Assembly: GCA_963743285.1 (NCBI GenBank)
Contig: CAVUPF010000006.1
Location: 6,076 to 70,075, forward strand
Source of the DNA: an uncultured Solirubrobacterales bacterium
Lineage (GTDB): Bacteria > Actinomycetota > Thermoleophilia > Solirubrobacterales > 70-9
DNA length: 64,000 nucleotides
Direction of reading: 5' to 3'
Position numbers and translations under genes: made by a program. The notes under the pieces are model-generated. The model was not told the DNA's origin, searched no databases, and saw only the letters and a program-made list of their open reading frames with translations. Positions 37,220 through 46,703 of the stretch are shown here, piece after piece; positions within the stretch are counted from its first letter, which is position 1, and the number at the start of each line of letters is the position of its first letter.

Positions 37220-37304
37220 CCGTGGCAGCCGGGCGCGACCTTGACGTCGCCTACAGCGGATTCTCCGCGGCCCCAGACGCCCATTTCACTACGGTGTACG
37301 ATTC

Positions 37305-38075
37305 GTGCGCGAGAACGCCCTGCACATCGAGAATCTGGCCAAGCGCTACCCGACCGGCGTCGAGGCGCTGCGCGGCGTCTCGCTCGAGATTAAGTCCGGC
37401 GAGTTCTTCGGCCTCCTCGGACCCAACGGCGCTGGCAAGTCGACCCTGATCCACTGCACGACCGGGCTCGCGCAGCCGACCTCGGGGACGATCAAGGTCT
37501 TCGGCCACGACGCGATCGACGACTACGCAGAGGCGCGCCAAGCCGTCGGGCTCGCGCCGCAGGAGGTCAACCTTGACTGGTTCCTCACTGCCGAGGAGAC
37601 GCTCGACTACCACGCGGGCTACTTCGGGATGCCCAAGCGCGAACGCCGCGAGCGCGTCAAAGAGCTGCTGGAGACGTTTTCGCTCACCTCAAAGCGCGAC
37701 GAGCGCACCCGCACGCTCTCCGGCGGGATGAAGCGGCGCCTGATCCTCGCCCGTGCGCTGATGCACCGCCCCCCCTTGTTGATCCTTGACGAGCCAACCG
37801 CCGGAGTCGACATCGAGCTGAGGCTGGAGCTGTGGCACTACGTCCAACGCATCAACCAGGAGGGGACGACGATCCTGCTGACCACTCATTACCTGGAGGA
37901 GGCCGAGCAGCTCTGCGACAGGATCGCCTTCATCGCCGACGGCCAGATCGCTGCGCAGGGCTCGACTTCGAGCCTGACGGACAGCTACGGCGTCGCCAAC
38001 CTCGAGGACGCCTACCTGGCGCTGGTCGGGCGCAGGGAGCTCTCGCGCTCTCGCGTCGAGGAGCTGGCCCCTTGA
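37305..38075 (+). CDS. ABC transporter ATP-binding protein (ABC-2 subfamily)
   Basis: GPNGAGKST, LSGGMKRRL and LLILDEP. Confidence 0.92.
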   Translation: MRENALHIENLAKRYPTGVEALRGVSLEIKSGEFFGLLGPNGAGKSTLIHCTTGLAQPTSGTIKVFGHDAIDDYAEARQAVGLAPQEVNLDWFLTAEETLDYHAGYFGMPKRERRERVKELLETFSLTSKRDERTRTLSGGMKRRLILARALMHRPPLLILDEPTAGVDIELRLELWHYVQRINQEGTTILLTTHYLEEAEQLCDRIAFIADGQIAAQGSTSSLTDSYGVANLEDAYLALVGRRELSRSRVEELAP

Positions 38076-38131
38076 GCGGACCAGCATCGCAACCTGATCC
38101 TCTGCCGGCCCCGCGGAGCGAACGCTTTTCT

Positions 38132-38899
38132 ATGAGCACCGCCCAGATCCGCTTCTTCACCCTGTGGCGGCGCGAGGTCAACCGATTCATGAAGATCAAG
38201 AAGCAGACGATCGGCGCCCCTCTGCTGGAAACCTTCCTCTATATCTCGGTCTTCGGCGCCGCGCTCGGCTCGCGGATCAAGGAGCTGCACGGCTTCGAAT
38301 ACATCCTCTTCGTCATTCCCGGCCTGATCATGATGGCCCTGGCGACCAACTCCTTCGCCAACAACGCCTCCTCGATCCTCCAGCAGAAGTTCCAGGGAGC
38401 GATCCACGACCAGCTCTCCTCGCCAGCCTCGCCGCTGGAGCTGCTGCTCGCCTTCTCGCTCGGCGGCTTCGCCCGGGGCGTGCTGGTCTCGGCACTAACC
38501 TTCATCGTCGCCTCCGTCCTGGTCGGCCTCCCGGTCGAAAACGTCTTGGTCCTGATCCCGGCGCTGTTTTTGGTCGGCTTCTTCTTCTCCCAGCTCGGCG
38601 TCCTGATCGGCGTCCGCGCCGAGCAGTTCGACGATGTCGCGATCGCCCAGACCTTCGTGCTGACGCCGCTGATCTTCCTGGGTGGGGTCTTCTACTCAGC
38701 CGCACTGCTGCCCGAGCCGTTTCGGACCCTGACCAAGTTCGACCCCGTCTATTACATGATCGGTCTCGTGCGGTACGGCTTCCTCGGCTTCTCCGAATTC
38801 AGCGTCGCGCTGTCGCTGCTGTTCCTCACAGCCGCTACCGCTGCCCTCACACTGGTCAACTTGCGCCTGTTCTCGAAGGGGTATCGACTGCGCTCATAG
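38132..38899 (+). CDS. ABC-2 type transporter permease
   Basis: MSTAQIRFFTLWRREVNRFMK followed by six TM segments. Confidence 0.88.
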   Translation: MSTAQIRFFTLWRREVNRFMKIKKQTIGAPLLETFLYISVFGAALGSRIKELHGFEYILFVIPGLIMMALATNSFANNASSILQQKFQGAIHDQLSSPASPLELLLAFSLGGFARGVLVSALTFIVASVLVGLPVENVLVLIPALFLVGFFFSQLGVLIGVRAEQFDDVAIAQTFVLTPLIFLGGVFYSAALLPEPFRTLTKFDPVYYMIGLVRYGFLGFSEFSVALSLLFLTAATAALTLVNLRLFSKGYRLRS

Positions 38900-39169
38900 C
38901 CGAATGCCGCGACCCCCAAGCGCTCCCCCACAAATGTTCTCCCGGCCCGCCGCGACCCTCAGCCGCCGGGCGAGGAGTCGCAATAGGGTGAGAGCGGGCC
39001 CGTTGTACGGCTGGATCGAGGCCCAGGCATCGCTGCGGCGATTTGCCGGGCAAGCGCATCGACGCGATCAGTGGCGGTCATGATGGCCCTCCTTACGGTT
39101 GCCCTGGAATGCTCATTTCCCCCGGGTCCGATCGCCTATCGTGGTTGCGATCCTATCCTCGGGCGGCAC

Positions 39170-39325
39170 ACCCGCGAGCCCATTCGGTGTTTGATGGTCA
39201 ACGTTGGCCCAGAAGTCGTCCATCTCCAAGAGCTCTCTGCCGGTTTCCTCGGCGGCGCGCAGGAAGACGATTCGCCTTCCGGTCGCGGCGTTTTTGATCT
39301 CCTTGGATTCATGTTCGCCCGGCAA
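39170..39325 (-). pseudogene. cupin-domain gene N-terminal remnant
   Basis: IKNAATGRRIVFLRAAEETGRELLEMDDFW..GVPPE resembles a cupin N-terminus, but the His-containing motif that should follow is missing. Confidence 0.35.
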
Positions 39326-40091
39326 GCACAGAGACGATCAGCCGCAGCCCAACGTCAAGCTCCTCCATTCCGCGCAGGTGCCCGTAACGCTCCTCCCAGG
39401 TGCCGTCGTCCAAGTCGCCGCGGAGCTGCTCTATCGCGCTTGAGACTTCATTGGCGGGGAGGCGGTGAAAAACCGAGATGCCGTCGCGGACTCCCTGGTG
39501 GAGGTAGGAGTGCGGGCGTCGCCAGTACGCCTGGTAGAAGCCGTCGCAACAGCCGTGCGGCACAGGGACGGTGCGTACCTCAACCCTGCCTAACAGGTCT
39601 TGCAGCTCTTGCTGCCAGTAGCCCGAGCGCCTGTATCGCTCGGGAATGAGGCCGAGGAACCCCGGCAGGTAGTCCCCCGTCAGCCAGAAGCTCTCGGCGA
39701 GAGCGGGGTCAGCGTTGAGGATGAGAATGCGGCGCCGCGCGACGCGGAGCATCTCGCGTAGGCCGGCCGCCCGGTCGCTCCAATGATGGTCGCTGATGAT
39801 CGCCATCGCCGCGTCGAAGCTGTCGTCCGCGAACGGCAGTTCCTCGGCGCGCGCCTGGACCACAGGCGCAGAATCGGCCGGCCGCTGGGCGATCATCTCG
39901 GCTGACGGCTCGACGGCAACCACGTCGCGATCGGCCGGCTCATAGGAGCCTGTGCCTCCACCGACGTTGAGGACACTGCGCGCGTCGCCTAGCGCCTCGT
40001 TGATCTTCGCCGCGATCCTTGGATCGGTGTGGCGGACCTCGCCGTAGCCGGCCCCGATCCGGTCATAGCGAGCCTCGTCCACGGACCGCAC
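39309..40091 (-). CDS. class I SAM-dependent methyltransferase (start uncertain)
   Basis: VLNVGGGTGSY and DSFDAAMAIISDHHW. GTG at 40091 is chosen as start; the ORF is open to 40247. Confidence 0.8.
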   Translation of the reverse strand: MRSVDEARYDRIGAGYGEVRHTDPRIAAKINEALGDARSVLNVGGGTGSYEPADRDVVAVEPSAEMIAQRPADSAPVVQARAEELPFADDSFDAAMAIISDHHWSDRAAGLREMLRVARRRILILNADPALAESFWLTGDYLPGFLGLIPERYRRSGYWQQELQDLLGRVEVRTVPVPHGCCDGFYQAYWRRPHSYLHQGVRDGISVFHRLPANEVSSAIEQLRGDLDDGTWEERYGHLRGMEELDVGLRLIVSVLAGRT

Positions 40092-40188
40092 TGTATGCAG
40101 GTTCAGGCGCAGTCCGCCGACCCCGCCGCTGGCATATGGGCCACCGCGACGCGAACCCCTGAGCGCTGCCCTGCCGCCACGTCTGGCG

Positions 40189-40731
40189 TTACGTATGGCA
40201 CTTTGCTGGAAGTGTTTCAGGCGTGTAGGGAGGATCGGGGATGGCACATTCGGTTTCGGGCCCCCATACGACCGCCTTTAGCTTTTTCGGTTTGCGCGGG
40301 TTGCCCTTGGAACAGTAGCCGCTATGGAGGTCTTCTCCCGAACTGGTGGGTGCCGAGACGACGCACGTAAAGCCATAGGGGTGGTTGCTGCCGTCGACTG
40401 CCAGCGTCGCTATTACGGCTGGATCGGATGCGACGGACAGGTGCGGCCTGTGGCACATCATATGAGTCACGCCGTAGCTGTAGAAGTAGCCGCGGATGTG
40501 TTCCGCATCTACCCACTTGGTAGCCGCTCTGAACAGCCCGCAGTGCTTTCCCTTGGACAACGTGTTGGCGCCCCCATTCGTGGGTGAAAGCAAGAGCACC
40601 AGACCTGCCGCGCAAGCGCCGGCCACCAACGGCATGAGCAGCCGAGCGAGGCGCCGTTTGCAGTAGGCGATCATGCTCAGTGCCAGATCGTACATCTGAG
40701 CAGCCCGGCCATTTCGGCTGAGGCTGTTCAC
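40189..40731 (-). CDS. secreted or membrane-anchored Cys-rich hypothetical protein
   Basis: Hydrophobic N-terminal segment (LLMPLVAGACAAGLVLLL) and 6 Cys residues. The start may be at 40674. Confidence 0.55.
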   Translation of the reverse strand: MNSLSRNGRAAQMYDLALSMIAYCKRRLARLLMPLVAGACAAGLVLLLSPTNGGANTLSKGKHCGLFRAATKWVDAEHIRGYFYSYGVTHMMCHRPHLSVASDPAVIATLAVDGSNHPYGFTCVVSAPTSSGEDLHSGYCSKGNPRKPKKLKAVVWGPETECAIPDPPYTPETLPAKCHT

Positions 40732-41183
40732 CCTGGCCGCCGAAGGCGGGCGAACTCGGTCTTTATTCCTTCGAGTTGGGAGGACATCTCTTGAAGTTCC
40801 TTCGTCATCGGATCATCTCCGCTCGCCCGCCGCTCGGCCTCGGCGCGCGCCACGAAAGCGCTGCTGATCGCTCCCGTCACCACTGCTAGCAGCGATAGCC
40901 CGCCGACCATCATGAAGGCGGCGATGACCTTCCCGATCGTCTGCTGGGGAACGATGTCGCCGTAGCCGACAGTTGTGACCGTCTCGGTAGCCCACCACAT
41001 CCCGAGCCATATCGAGTGAAACGTCTTTGGGTCGACGAGGCGCTCGACTACACCAGAGACGACGATGGCAGCCGTCCAGAAGGCAATGATCACATAGGCC
41101 GCATATCGAGGTCGCAGGCCATTGGCCTTTATGCGCCTTGCCATCCACCGGCCGGATCGACGCGATTCCAGCTGGTTTGCCAT
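40728..41183 (-). CDS. two-TM potassium channel
   Basis: Selectivity filter TTVGYGD sits between two TM helices. Confidence 0.88.
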   Translation of the reverse strand: MANQLESRRSGRWMARRIKANGLRPRYAAYVIIAFWTAAIVVSGVVERLVDPKTFHSIWLGMWWATETVTTVGYGDIVPQQTIGKVIAAFMMVGGLSLLAVVTGAISSAFVARAEAERRASGDDPMTKELQEMSSQLEGIKTEFARLRRPG

Positions 41184-41525
41184 TTCTTGGAGTTCGTCGC
41201 TTCGCTCTGTCTTGGGTTACCCAAACCCATGCGACGCAGGAATCCCCCTAAACCCTTGGAATCCCCTAAACCCTATATGGAAGACATTTCAGTAGCCCCT
41301 TGGCGGGCCCAACCCGCGTCGCCCAGCCTGAGAACAATGCCCGATGGCAGCGCCCGACACCTCGACTGGGAGGGCGGTTTCAATCTTTGCGACCTCGGTG
41401 GTCTGCGCGCGGCAGACTGCTACGAAACCCGATGGGGCCGCCAACGCTCGCGCGTATGCACCGGACTGGTTGAGGCAGGGGGTTGGCTCGCCACTCAGTT
41501 TTCGGACACCTGGGGAGGTTAATGG

Positions 41526-42104
41526 ATGAGGGCTTTCCGGAAGCGAACACCCCACCTTCCGACAGCGCTGTTCGGACTGCCGGGCGGTATCCCCATCGTC
41601 CTCCTCATCGGCGTCGTGATCTGCATCGCCACCCTATTCGGTAGCACCGGTGGATGCGGCGACGGCTCGGTCAGCTCAGTTCCGGGAGTGCCAACGAAGC
41701 TGATCCCGATCTATGTTGAGGCCGCCGCCAGTTACGGGCTCGGCGCCCAGGGATCTTCGGTGCTCGCGGCGATCAACGAGGTCGAGACGGATTTCGGCCG
41801 CGACACCTCGACCTCAAGTGCGGGCGCAATCGGCTGGATGCAGTTCAAACCCTCCACCTGGGCCACCTATGGGGTTGACGCTGACGGCGAAGGGGTCGAG
41901 AACCCAAACGATCCGTGGGACGCAATCTTCGCTGCCGCTCGTTACTTGCGTGCCTCTGGCGCGCCGGGCGACTGGCAGACCGCGATTTTTGCCTACAACC
42001 ACGCTGAATGGTACGTCGCCGAGGTTCTCGCTGATGCACAGCGCTTACAAGGCGCGATGAGAGTTCAGGCTGCAGCGTTAGGCGATTGCGCCACCGCCAA
42101 CTAG
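41526..42104 (+). CDS. lytic transglycosylase domain protein
   Basis: TM/signal segment present. Contains GAIGWMQFKPSTWATYGVDADGEG and AIFAAARYL. Confidence 0.85.
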   Translation: MRAFRKRTPHLPTALFGLPGGIPIVLLIGVVICIATLFGSTGGCGDGSVSSVPGVPTKLIPIYVEAAASYGLGAQGSSVLAAINEVETDFGRDTSTSSAGAIGWMQFKPSTWATYGVDADGEGVENPNDPWDAIFAAARYLRASGAPGDWQTAIFAYNHAEWYVAEVLADAQRLQGAMRVQAAALGDCATAN

Positions 42105-42518
42105 TTTCATATCAGCCTGGTTGTGCCAGGACTGCCGGACAAGATTTGTCTCGGTTTCGGAGCGCCGGGATAAACCGGCATGGAGAAGGGAAGGAAGGTG
42201 TCCCACATCGAAGGAGTAGCGAACCACGATGGCCCCGAGTCATACGTTGGCGTCCGTGAGGGCGCAAGCGAAGCGTTGACAGGGGGCGTGCAGGCAGGCC
42301 ATTGAGCCGCGAAACGAGCAATCCCGGGTGCCGACGCTGTCGAAATGAGCGGAAGGCAACACCGCCTGCGACGCCAACTCGCGAGCCGCAGGAGGACCCG
42401 GCGCGGTCAAAGACCCCAGGCATGTACGCAGATCTCCAGGCGCGAGAACCGGGAGGCCCGACGATTGCCCGCCTGACGCAAGGGCGGGCCGCAAGGGGAA
42501 GGCCGAGGCCGTAATCCC

Positions 42519-44003
42519 TTGATGAACGATCGCCGGGAATCAGACGGCCCCGTAGTACCAGCGAAGCCGCCGAACAACGCCGCCTCCCCGGCGGCCGCGG
42601 AGGCGGTGGAGGGAAGGGGGCCGGCCAAGGGGAACGCGGCGGGTGAAACCCGCTCCGGACGCAGAGCCGGGCCAACCGGGTCAAGCGATCTCGACCGCGT
42701 GCGGCAAGCAGCACGGAAAGATAAGGAGGCGAGGTTCACGGCGCTCCTGCACCACATCACCTACGACCGCCTGCTGGCGGCCTATCGGGCGATCAACCCG
42801 AAGGCCGCCCCGGGGGTGGACGGGGTGACGTGGGAGGCCTACGGATGGGAGCTGGAGACAAACCTCCGGGACCTGCACGCAAGGCTTCACCGCGGGGCGT
42901 ACCGGGCAAGACCCGCTCGCAGGTCCAGCATCCCCAAGCCGGATGGGCGCACGCGCCCGCTGGCAGTCGCGGCGCTTGAGGACAAGGTCGTCCAGCGCGC
43001 CACGGTGGAGGTGCTGAACGCGATCTAGGAGCAGGACTTCCTCGGCTTCAGCTACGGGTTCCGGCCCGGGCGCAGCCCGCACCATGCGCTGGATGCGCTC
43101 GCGGTCGCGATCACGCAGCGGAAGGTGAGCTGGGTACTCGACGCCGATCTGCGCGAGGCTTTCACCAGCCTGGACCGCACCTGGATGGAGCGGTTCCTCG
43201 AGCACCGGATCGCGGACAGACGGGTTCTGCGGCTGATCCAGAAGTGGTTGGGCGCAGGAGTGATCGAGGAGGGGTCCTGGGCGCCGGAGGAGGGCGTCGG
43301 GCAGGGGACGAGCATCTCGCCCCTGCTCGCCAACGTCTACTTCCACTACGCCCTCGACCTCTGGGTCCACCAGTGGAGGAAGCGCAGCGCGCGCGGCGAG
43401 GTCTACGTCGTGCGCTTCTGCGACGACTTCGTGGTGGGCTTTCAACACCGTGACGACGCGGAGCGGTTCCGAACAGCGCTCGGCGAGCGACTCGCCGAGT
43501 TCGCCCTGGAGCTGAACGCCGACAAGACGCGGCTGATCGAGTTCGGGCGCTTCGCCGCCCGCAACCGAGAGGCGCGTGGCGAAGGCAAGCCTGAGACGTT
43601 CTCCTTCCTCGGCTTTACGCACGTCTGCGCGAAGACGAGAAGGGGACGCTTCAAGCTCAAGCGGGTCACGGAGAAGAAGCGGATGCGCGTGAAGCTGCAC
43701 GAGGTCAAGGCCGAGCTGCGGCGACGCATGCACCTGCCCATCCCTGATCAGGGGCGCTGGCTGCGGAGTGTCCTGCAAGGGCACTTCAACTACTACGCCG
43801 TGCCCGACAACAGCGAGGCGCTGAGCGCCTTCCGTTACGAGGTTACGAGGCTCTGGCTGCACTCGCTCCGGCGGCGCAGCCAGCGCACGCGAGTGACCTG
43901 GGAGCGGATGAACCGCTACGTGTCCCGCTGGCTACCGCCTGCGCGCATCCTGCACCCCTGGCCTGGAGTGCGTTTCGCCGCCAATACCCGAGGCAGGAGG
44001 TGA
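42519..44003 (+). pseudogene. group II intron reverse transcriptase/maturase with in-frame TAG
   Basis: Continuous RT motifs (APGVDGVTW, IPKPDGRTRPL, FSYGFRPGRSPHHAL, QGTSISPLLANVY, VRFCDDFVVGF, FLGF) plus an X-domain. TAG at 43026-43028 sits where Tyr is expected (NAI*EQDF). The native 3' end is displaced by the IS66 insertion. No endonuclease domain. Confidence 0.9.
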
Positions 44004-45524
44004 CTGTTCAGGTCCCCGATGCCCTCAGGACGCAGCGGCGTCGGGAAGCCAAGGGTCCCGCTCGGCCAAGCGGGTGAGAACATCGAGGACGTCCTGGCCT
44101 TGCTTGGCAGCGGTACTGAGATAGGAGCGCAGGGCGAGGAACCCCTCGGCACCTGAGATCGTCCGCCAGCAGCCTGAGATCTTCTGCTGGAGCTTGATCA
44201 TGCGCAGATCACGCTCGGCCTGGTTGTTGTCGAACGGGACACCGAAGTCGTGGGCGAAGCGCAGCACCTCCTCGCGGTGCTGGTCGAGCCGGCGGTGCAG
44301 GTTGGCGGTCTTGGAGCGGCCGATGGGCCCTCGCCTGCCGGTGCGCTTGGTGGGCGGCGGGTTCTGTTCGTGCCCGCGGGCGATGACCTGCTCGTAGCGC
44401 TTCTCGAAGGCCTCGAGAACCCGGGCGTCAAGCGCGGTGGCGCCGGCGGCTCGGGCTAGGTCGACCGCGCCCTTGACCGCGCGCAGCAAGGAGTCCATCT
44501 CCTTGGCCCAGGTCTGGGTCTCGGGGTCGCGCTCAATCGCCCCCACCAGCTCGCGCAGGTGGTGGACGTTGCACAGGGCGTGGGTGGCATCCTCATAGTT
44601 TCGGTAGGTCGCCCAGCCGTCGTGGACAGCGACACCCTTAAAGGGCCTGAGCACGCCCAGATGGTCGATCCCCTCTTCCCCGCGCCGCTCGTGCAGCCGG
44701 TAGAGGGTGAGGCGCCCGGTGGAAGCCGAGTGCACCCAACGCAGGGCGCCCTCGGCGCGGGCGCCGGTCTCGTCGAAGTGGGTGACCGCGGAGCCGATCA
44801 GTCGGTCACGGATGAGGACCTCGAACTCCTCAAGGTCCTCACCGCCGCGCTCGACAATCGCCTGCAGGGTTCCGGTCGAGACCGGCGTCCCGAGCCAGTC
44901 GGCCAGGAGTCGCGCTGCGCGCTGGTAGGGCAGATGCTGAAAGCAGATCAAATAGATCGCCAGCGCCCGCAGCTCCGGCCCGTACTGGGCCGGAGCGCTC
45001 AGACCTTGGGGAAAGGGAGCGGCGCTCGTGGCCCCGCAGCTACAGCGCCGGCGCTGGGCGCGGTGCTCGGTGACGTGAAGAGCCACCGCAGGCAGGTCGA
45101 ACACCTGCCGTGCCTCCTCGCTCAGGACCTCGGCGCCATCAAGGTCTCCGCCGCAGGCAAAGCAACGCTCCGGCACGTGCACGATCACTTCGTCGGGGTG
45201 CTCGACCTGCTTCAAGTAGCGGCCTGGGTGACCGGGCTGCCCGCCGGGCTTTCGGCCCGAGGGGCGCCGCAGGCTCTTGGGAGCGGGCTTTTCATAGCCG
45301 TCTGAGGACGGCGGCTTGGAGGAGTTGCGTGAGTTCTGGCCAAGCCGCCCTCGCAGCTCGCCGATCTCGGCTCGCAACTTGGTTATTTCCCCGCGCAGCT
45401 CGCCGATCAGCGTCGCCTGGGAGGCAACAAGGGACTCGAGTTCCTCATATGACGGGCGCTGCGCAGGCACATGGGGAGGTTCGCGCCCAGAGTTATGTCA
45501 CCTGCCGGGGACCTGAACAGTCAC
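44000..45524 (-). mobile_element. IS66-family insertion sequence (single-ORF type), 1525 bp
   Basis: Perfect 19-bp terminal inverted repeats (GTGACTGTTCAGGTCCCCG) at 44000-44018 and 45506-45524. Flanked by the 8-bp direct repeat GGCAGGAG (43992-43999 and 45525-45532). Confidence 0.9.
44025..45470 (-). CDS. IS66 family transposase
   Basis: N-terminal coiled coil, then KPPSSD, then a CxxC..CxC Zn-finger (CFACGG..CSCG), then the DDE region (HFDETG..AVHDGW..CNVHHLRE). Confidence 0.92.
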   Translation of the reverse strand: MPAQRPSYEELESLVASQATLIGELRGEITKLRAEIGELRGRLGQNSRNSSKPPSSDGYEKPAPKSLRRPSGRKPGGQPGHPGRYLKQVEHPDEVIVHVPERCFACGGDLDGAEVLSEEARQVFDLPAVALHVTEHRAQRRRCSCGATSAAPFPQGLSAPAQYGPELRALAIYLICFQHLPYQRAARLLADWLGTPVSTGTLQAIVERGGEDLEEFEVLIRDRLIGSAVTHFDETGARAEGALRWVHSASTGRLTLYRLHERRGEEGIDHLGVLRPFKGVAVHDGWATYRNYEDATHALCNVHHLRELVGAIERDPETQTWAKEMDSLLRAVKGAVDLARAAGATALDARVLEAFEKRYEQVIARGHEQNPPPTKRTGRRGPIGRSKTANLHRRLDQHREEVLRFAHDFGVPFDNNQAERDLRMIKLQQKISGCWRTISGAEGFLALRSYLSTAAKQGQDVLDVLTRLAERDPWLPDAAAS

Positions 45525-45731
45525 GGCAGGAGCCCAGTGCGTTGAACGCGCTCGCTGGGATCTGTGCGGGGGGCCGCCCGAACGCCTGCATGGACTGATG
45601 TCCCGAATGGCCGAAGGGCGGTCCCTACCGCGATTCCAAGTTAGCCCGGGTAGCGGTGTTCAACATCTCGATCAACCGAAGGGCAGCTGGTAAAATTGGA
45701 GACACTCCCTACGTTCTCGTAGCCGCAGCTA

Positions 45732-46007
45732 TCACCTCGCCAAACGCCACCTGGTCGACAGCGCCAGTAGCGAAATTTTCCATGGGCCGTTCATCTGGCC
45801 GAAGCAGTGGAGGGGCTCGCCAGGGCATTCGAAGGACTGGCAGACCTGAACTGCGCCCAGGCAGGAACGGTGCTCACCGCCGCTTCTGATGGCTTGCAAG
45901 GGACCCCGGAACTCACGGAAGGATTCTTCAACCTGCGGGACGCCGGAAAATAACGGCCAGAGCGGTCGCTCGCTGTTACTTCTGACGGCGATCACCGCCC
46001 CCGGCAC
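45732..46007 (-). CDS. small Cys-rich hypothetical protein (91 aa)
   Basis: GTG start. GC3 (~70%) is clearly above the local GC (~58%). 5 Cys residues. No family recognised. Confidence 0.35.
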   Translation of the reverse strand: MPGAVIAVRSNSERPLWPLFSGVPQVEESFREFRGPLQAIRSGGEHRSCLGAVQVCQSFECPGEPLHCFGQMNGPWKISLLALSTRWRLAR

Positions 46008-46064
46008 ATGCTAACTGCCACGGCTATGACTTGTCGGGGCTTGCTCTGCCCGAGGTCGGGACCT

Positions 46065-46439
46065 CTACTTTGCAAACACCCGATCGAATACCGTCGCGTC
46101 GCCGAGCGTGTCGAACTCGACCAGCTTGCCGTTCGCGTTGTAGGTGAGGATATTGGCACTCTCGATTTCCTCGCCCTCAAGGTGGGCGGTGGTCAAAACG
46201 ACAACCTTGTCGCCGTCGGCGACGAAGCTGTGCGGCTCATTGCGGAAGCTTTTGCTCATGAGCTTCCCCCAAAGCTCACCGACCTCCTGCTTGCCGTTGT
46301 AGGTCCCGGTCAGCGCGTTATCGCCGCGCGCCGTCCAGACAATTGAGTCGTCCATATTTTGCATCGCTCCGGCCGCGTCGCCGCTAGCAAATGCTGCGTA
46401 GGCGTCCTTCGCCGTCTGCTTGTTCTCCTGAGCACCCAA
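46065..46439 (-). CDS. NTF2/SnoaL-like protein
   Basis: AKDAYAAFASGDAAGAMQNMDDSIVW and ANILTYNANGKLVEFD. Confidence 0.8.
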   Translation of the reverse strand: MGAQENKQTAKDAYAAFASGDAAGAMQNMDDSIVWTARGDNALTGTYNGKQEVGELWGKLMSKSFRNEPHSFVADGDKVVVLTTAHLEGEEIESANILTYNANGKLVEFDTLGDATVFDRVFAK

Positions 46440-46625
46440 GACTGGATCCCTCCTGTAGTTCGTCGGATGGAGAGTCGATCATATCCAGGCGGCTCGAACC
46501 TGCAAGCTGCGTTTGAGTTTCGTCTTTTGGGCGACCCCATGCGCCGCTGGCAGGCTCCCGCGTTCGGTCGACTCATACGCGCCAGAGATGCCACGTAGCT
46601 GGAGGCCCGCCGCCTCCATGCCAAA

Positions 46626-46645
46626 AAGAGATCCGCAAGAGCGGC
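46626..46645. repeat. 20-bp direct repeat, copy 1
   Basis: AAGAGATCCGCAAGAGCGGC is identical to 47238-47257. Lies 59 nt downstream of the VOC gene stop. Confidence 0.85.
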
Positions 46646-46703
46646 GGGGCTACGCGCAGAGCTCATAACCGAACCCGCGATCACCGCTCGAAACCGAGCG
46701 GCG

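Larger units (their letters stand above)
42123..45634 (+). mobile_element. group II intron (inactivated; IS66 element nested inside)
   Basis: GUGCC lies 19 nt after the upstream stop. A ~400-nt GC-rich leader precedes the RT/maturase ORF. A domain-V-like hairpin is at 45530-45562 (GAGCCCAGUGCG..GCUGGGAUC). A domain-VI-like stem has a bulged A at 45627, 7 nt before a ..GCGAU end. The boundaries are predictions. Confidence 0.7.

Noticed and set aside
38959-39081. A 40-codon minus-strand ORF (MTATDRVDALARQIAAAMPG...) with a near-perfect AAGGAGG Shine-Dalgarno sequence.
   Set aside because: It is too short and has no recognisable family. It lies between a cupin remnant and a transporter stop, so it is probably the 5' stump of a deleted gene. 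It is mentioned only for completeness.
42519-44003. The reverse transcriptase read as a retron, DGR or Abi-type defence RT.
   Set aside because: It has the full group II RT0-7 plus maturase (X) layout. It is embedded in sequence with a GUGYG-like 5' end, a domain-V-like hairpin and a bulged-A domain-VI-like stem. There is no msr/msd-like repeat pair, TR/VR pair or effector gene.
45566-45620. An alternative domain V placement within GGGCCGCCC...GGGCGGUCC.
   Set aside because: The enclosed hairpin is ~54 nt, not the ~34 nt of domain V, and it lacks an AGC/CGC triad context. It fits better as an extended domain VI stem carrying the bulged A.
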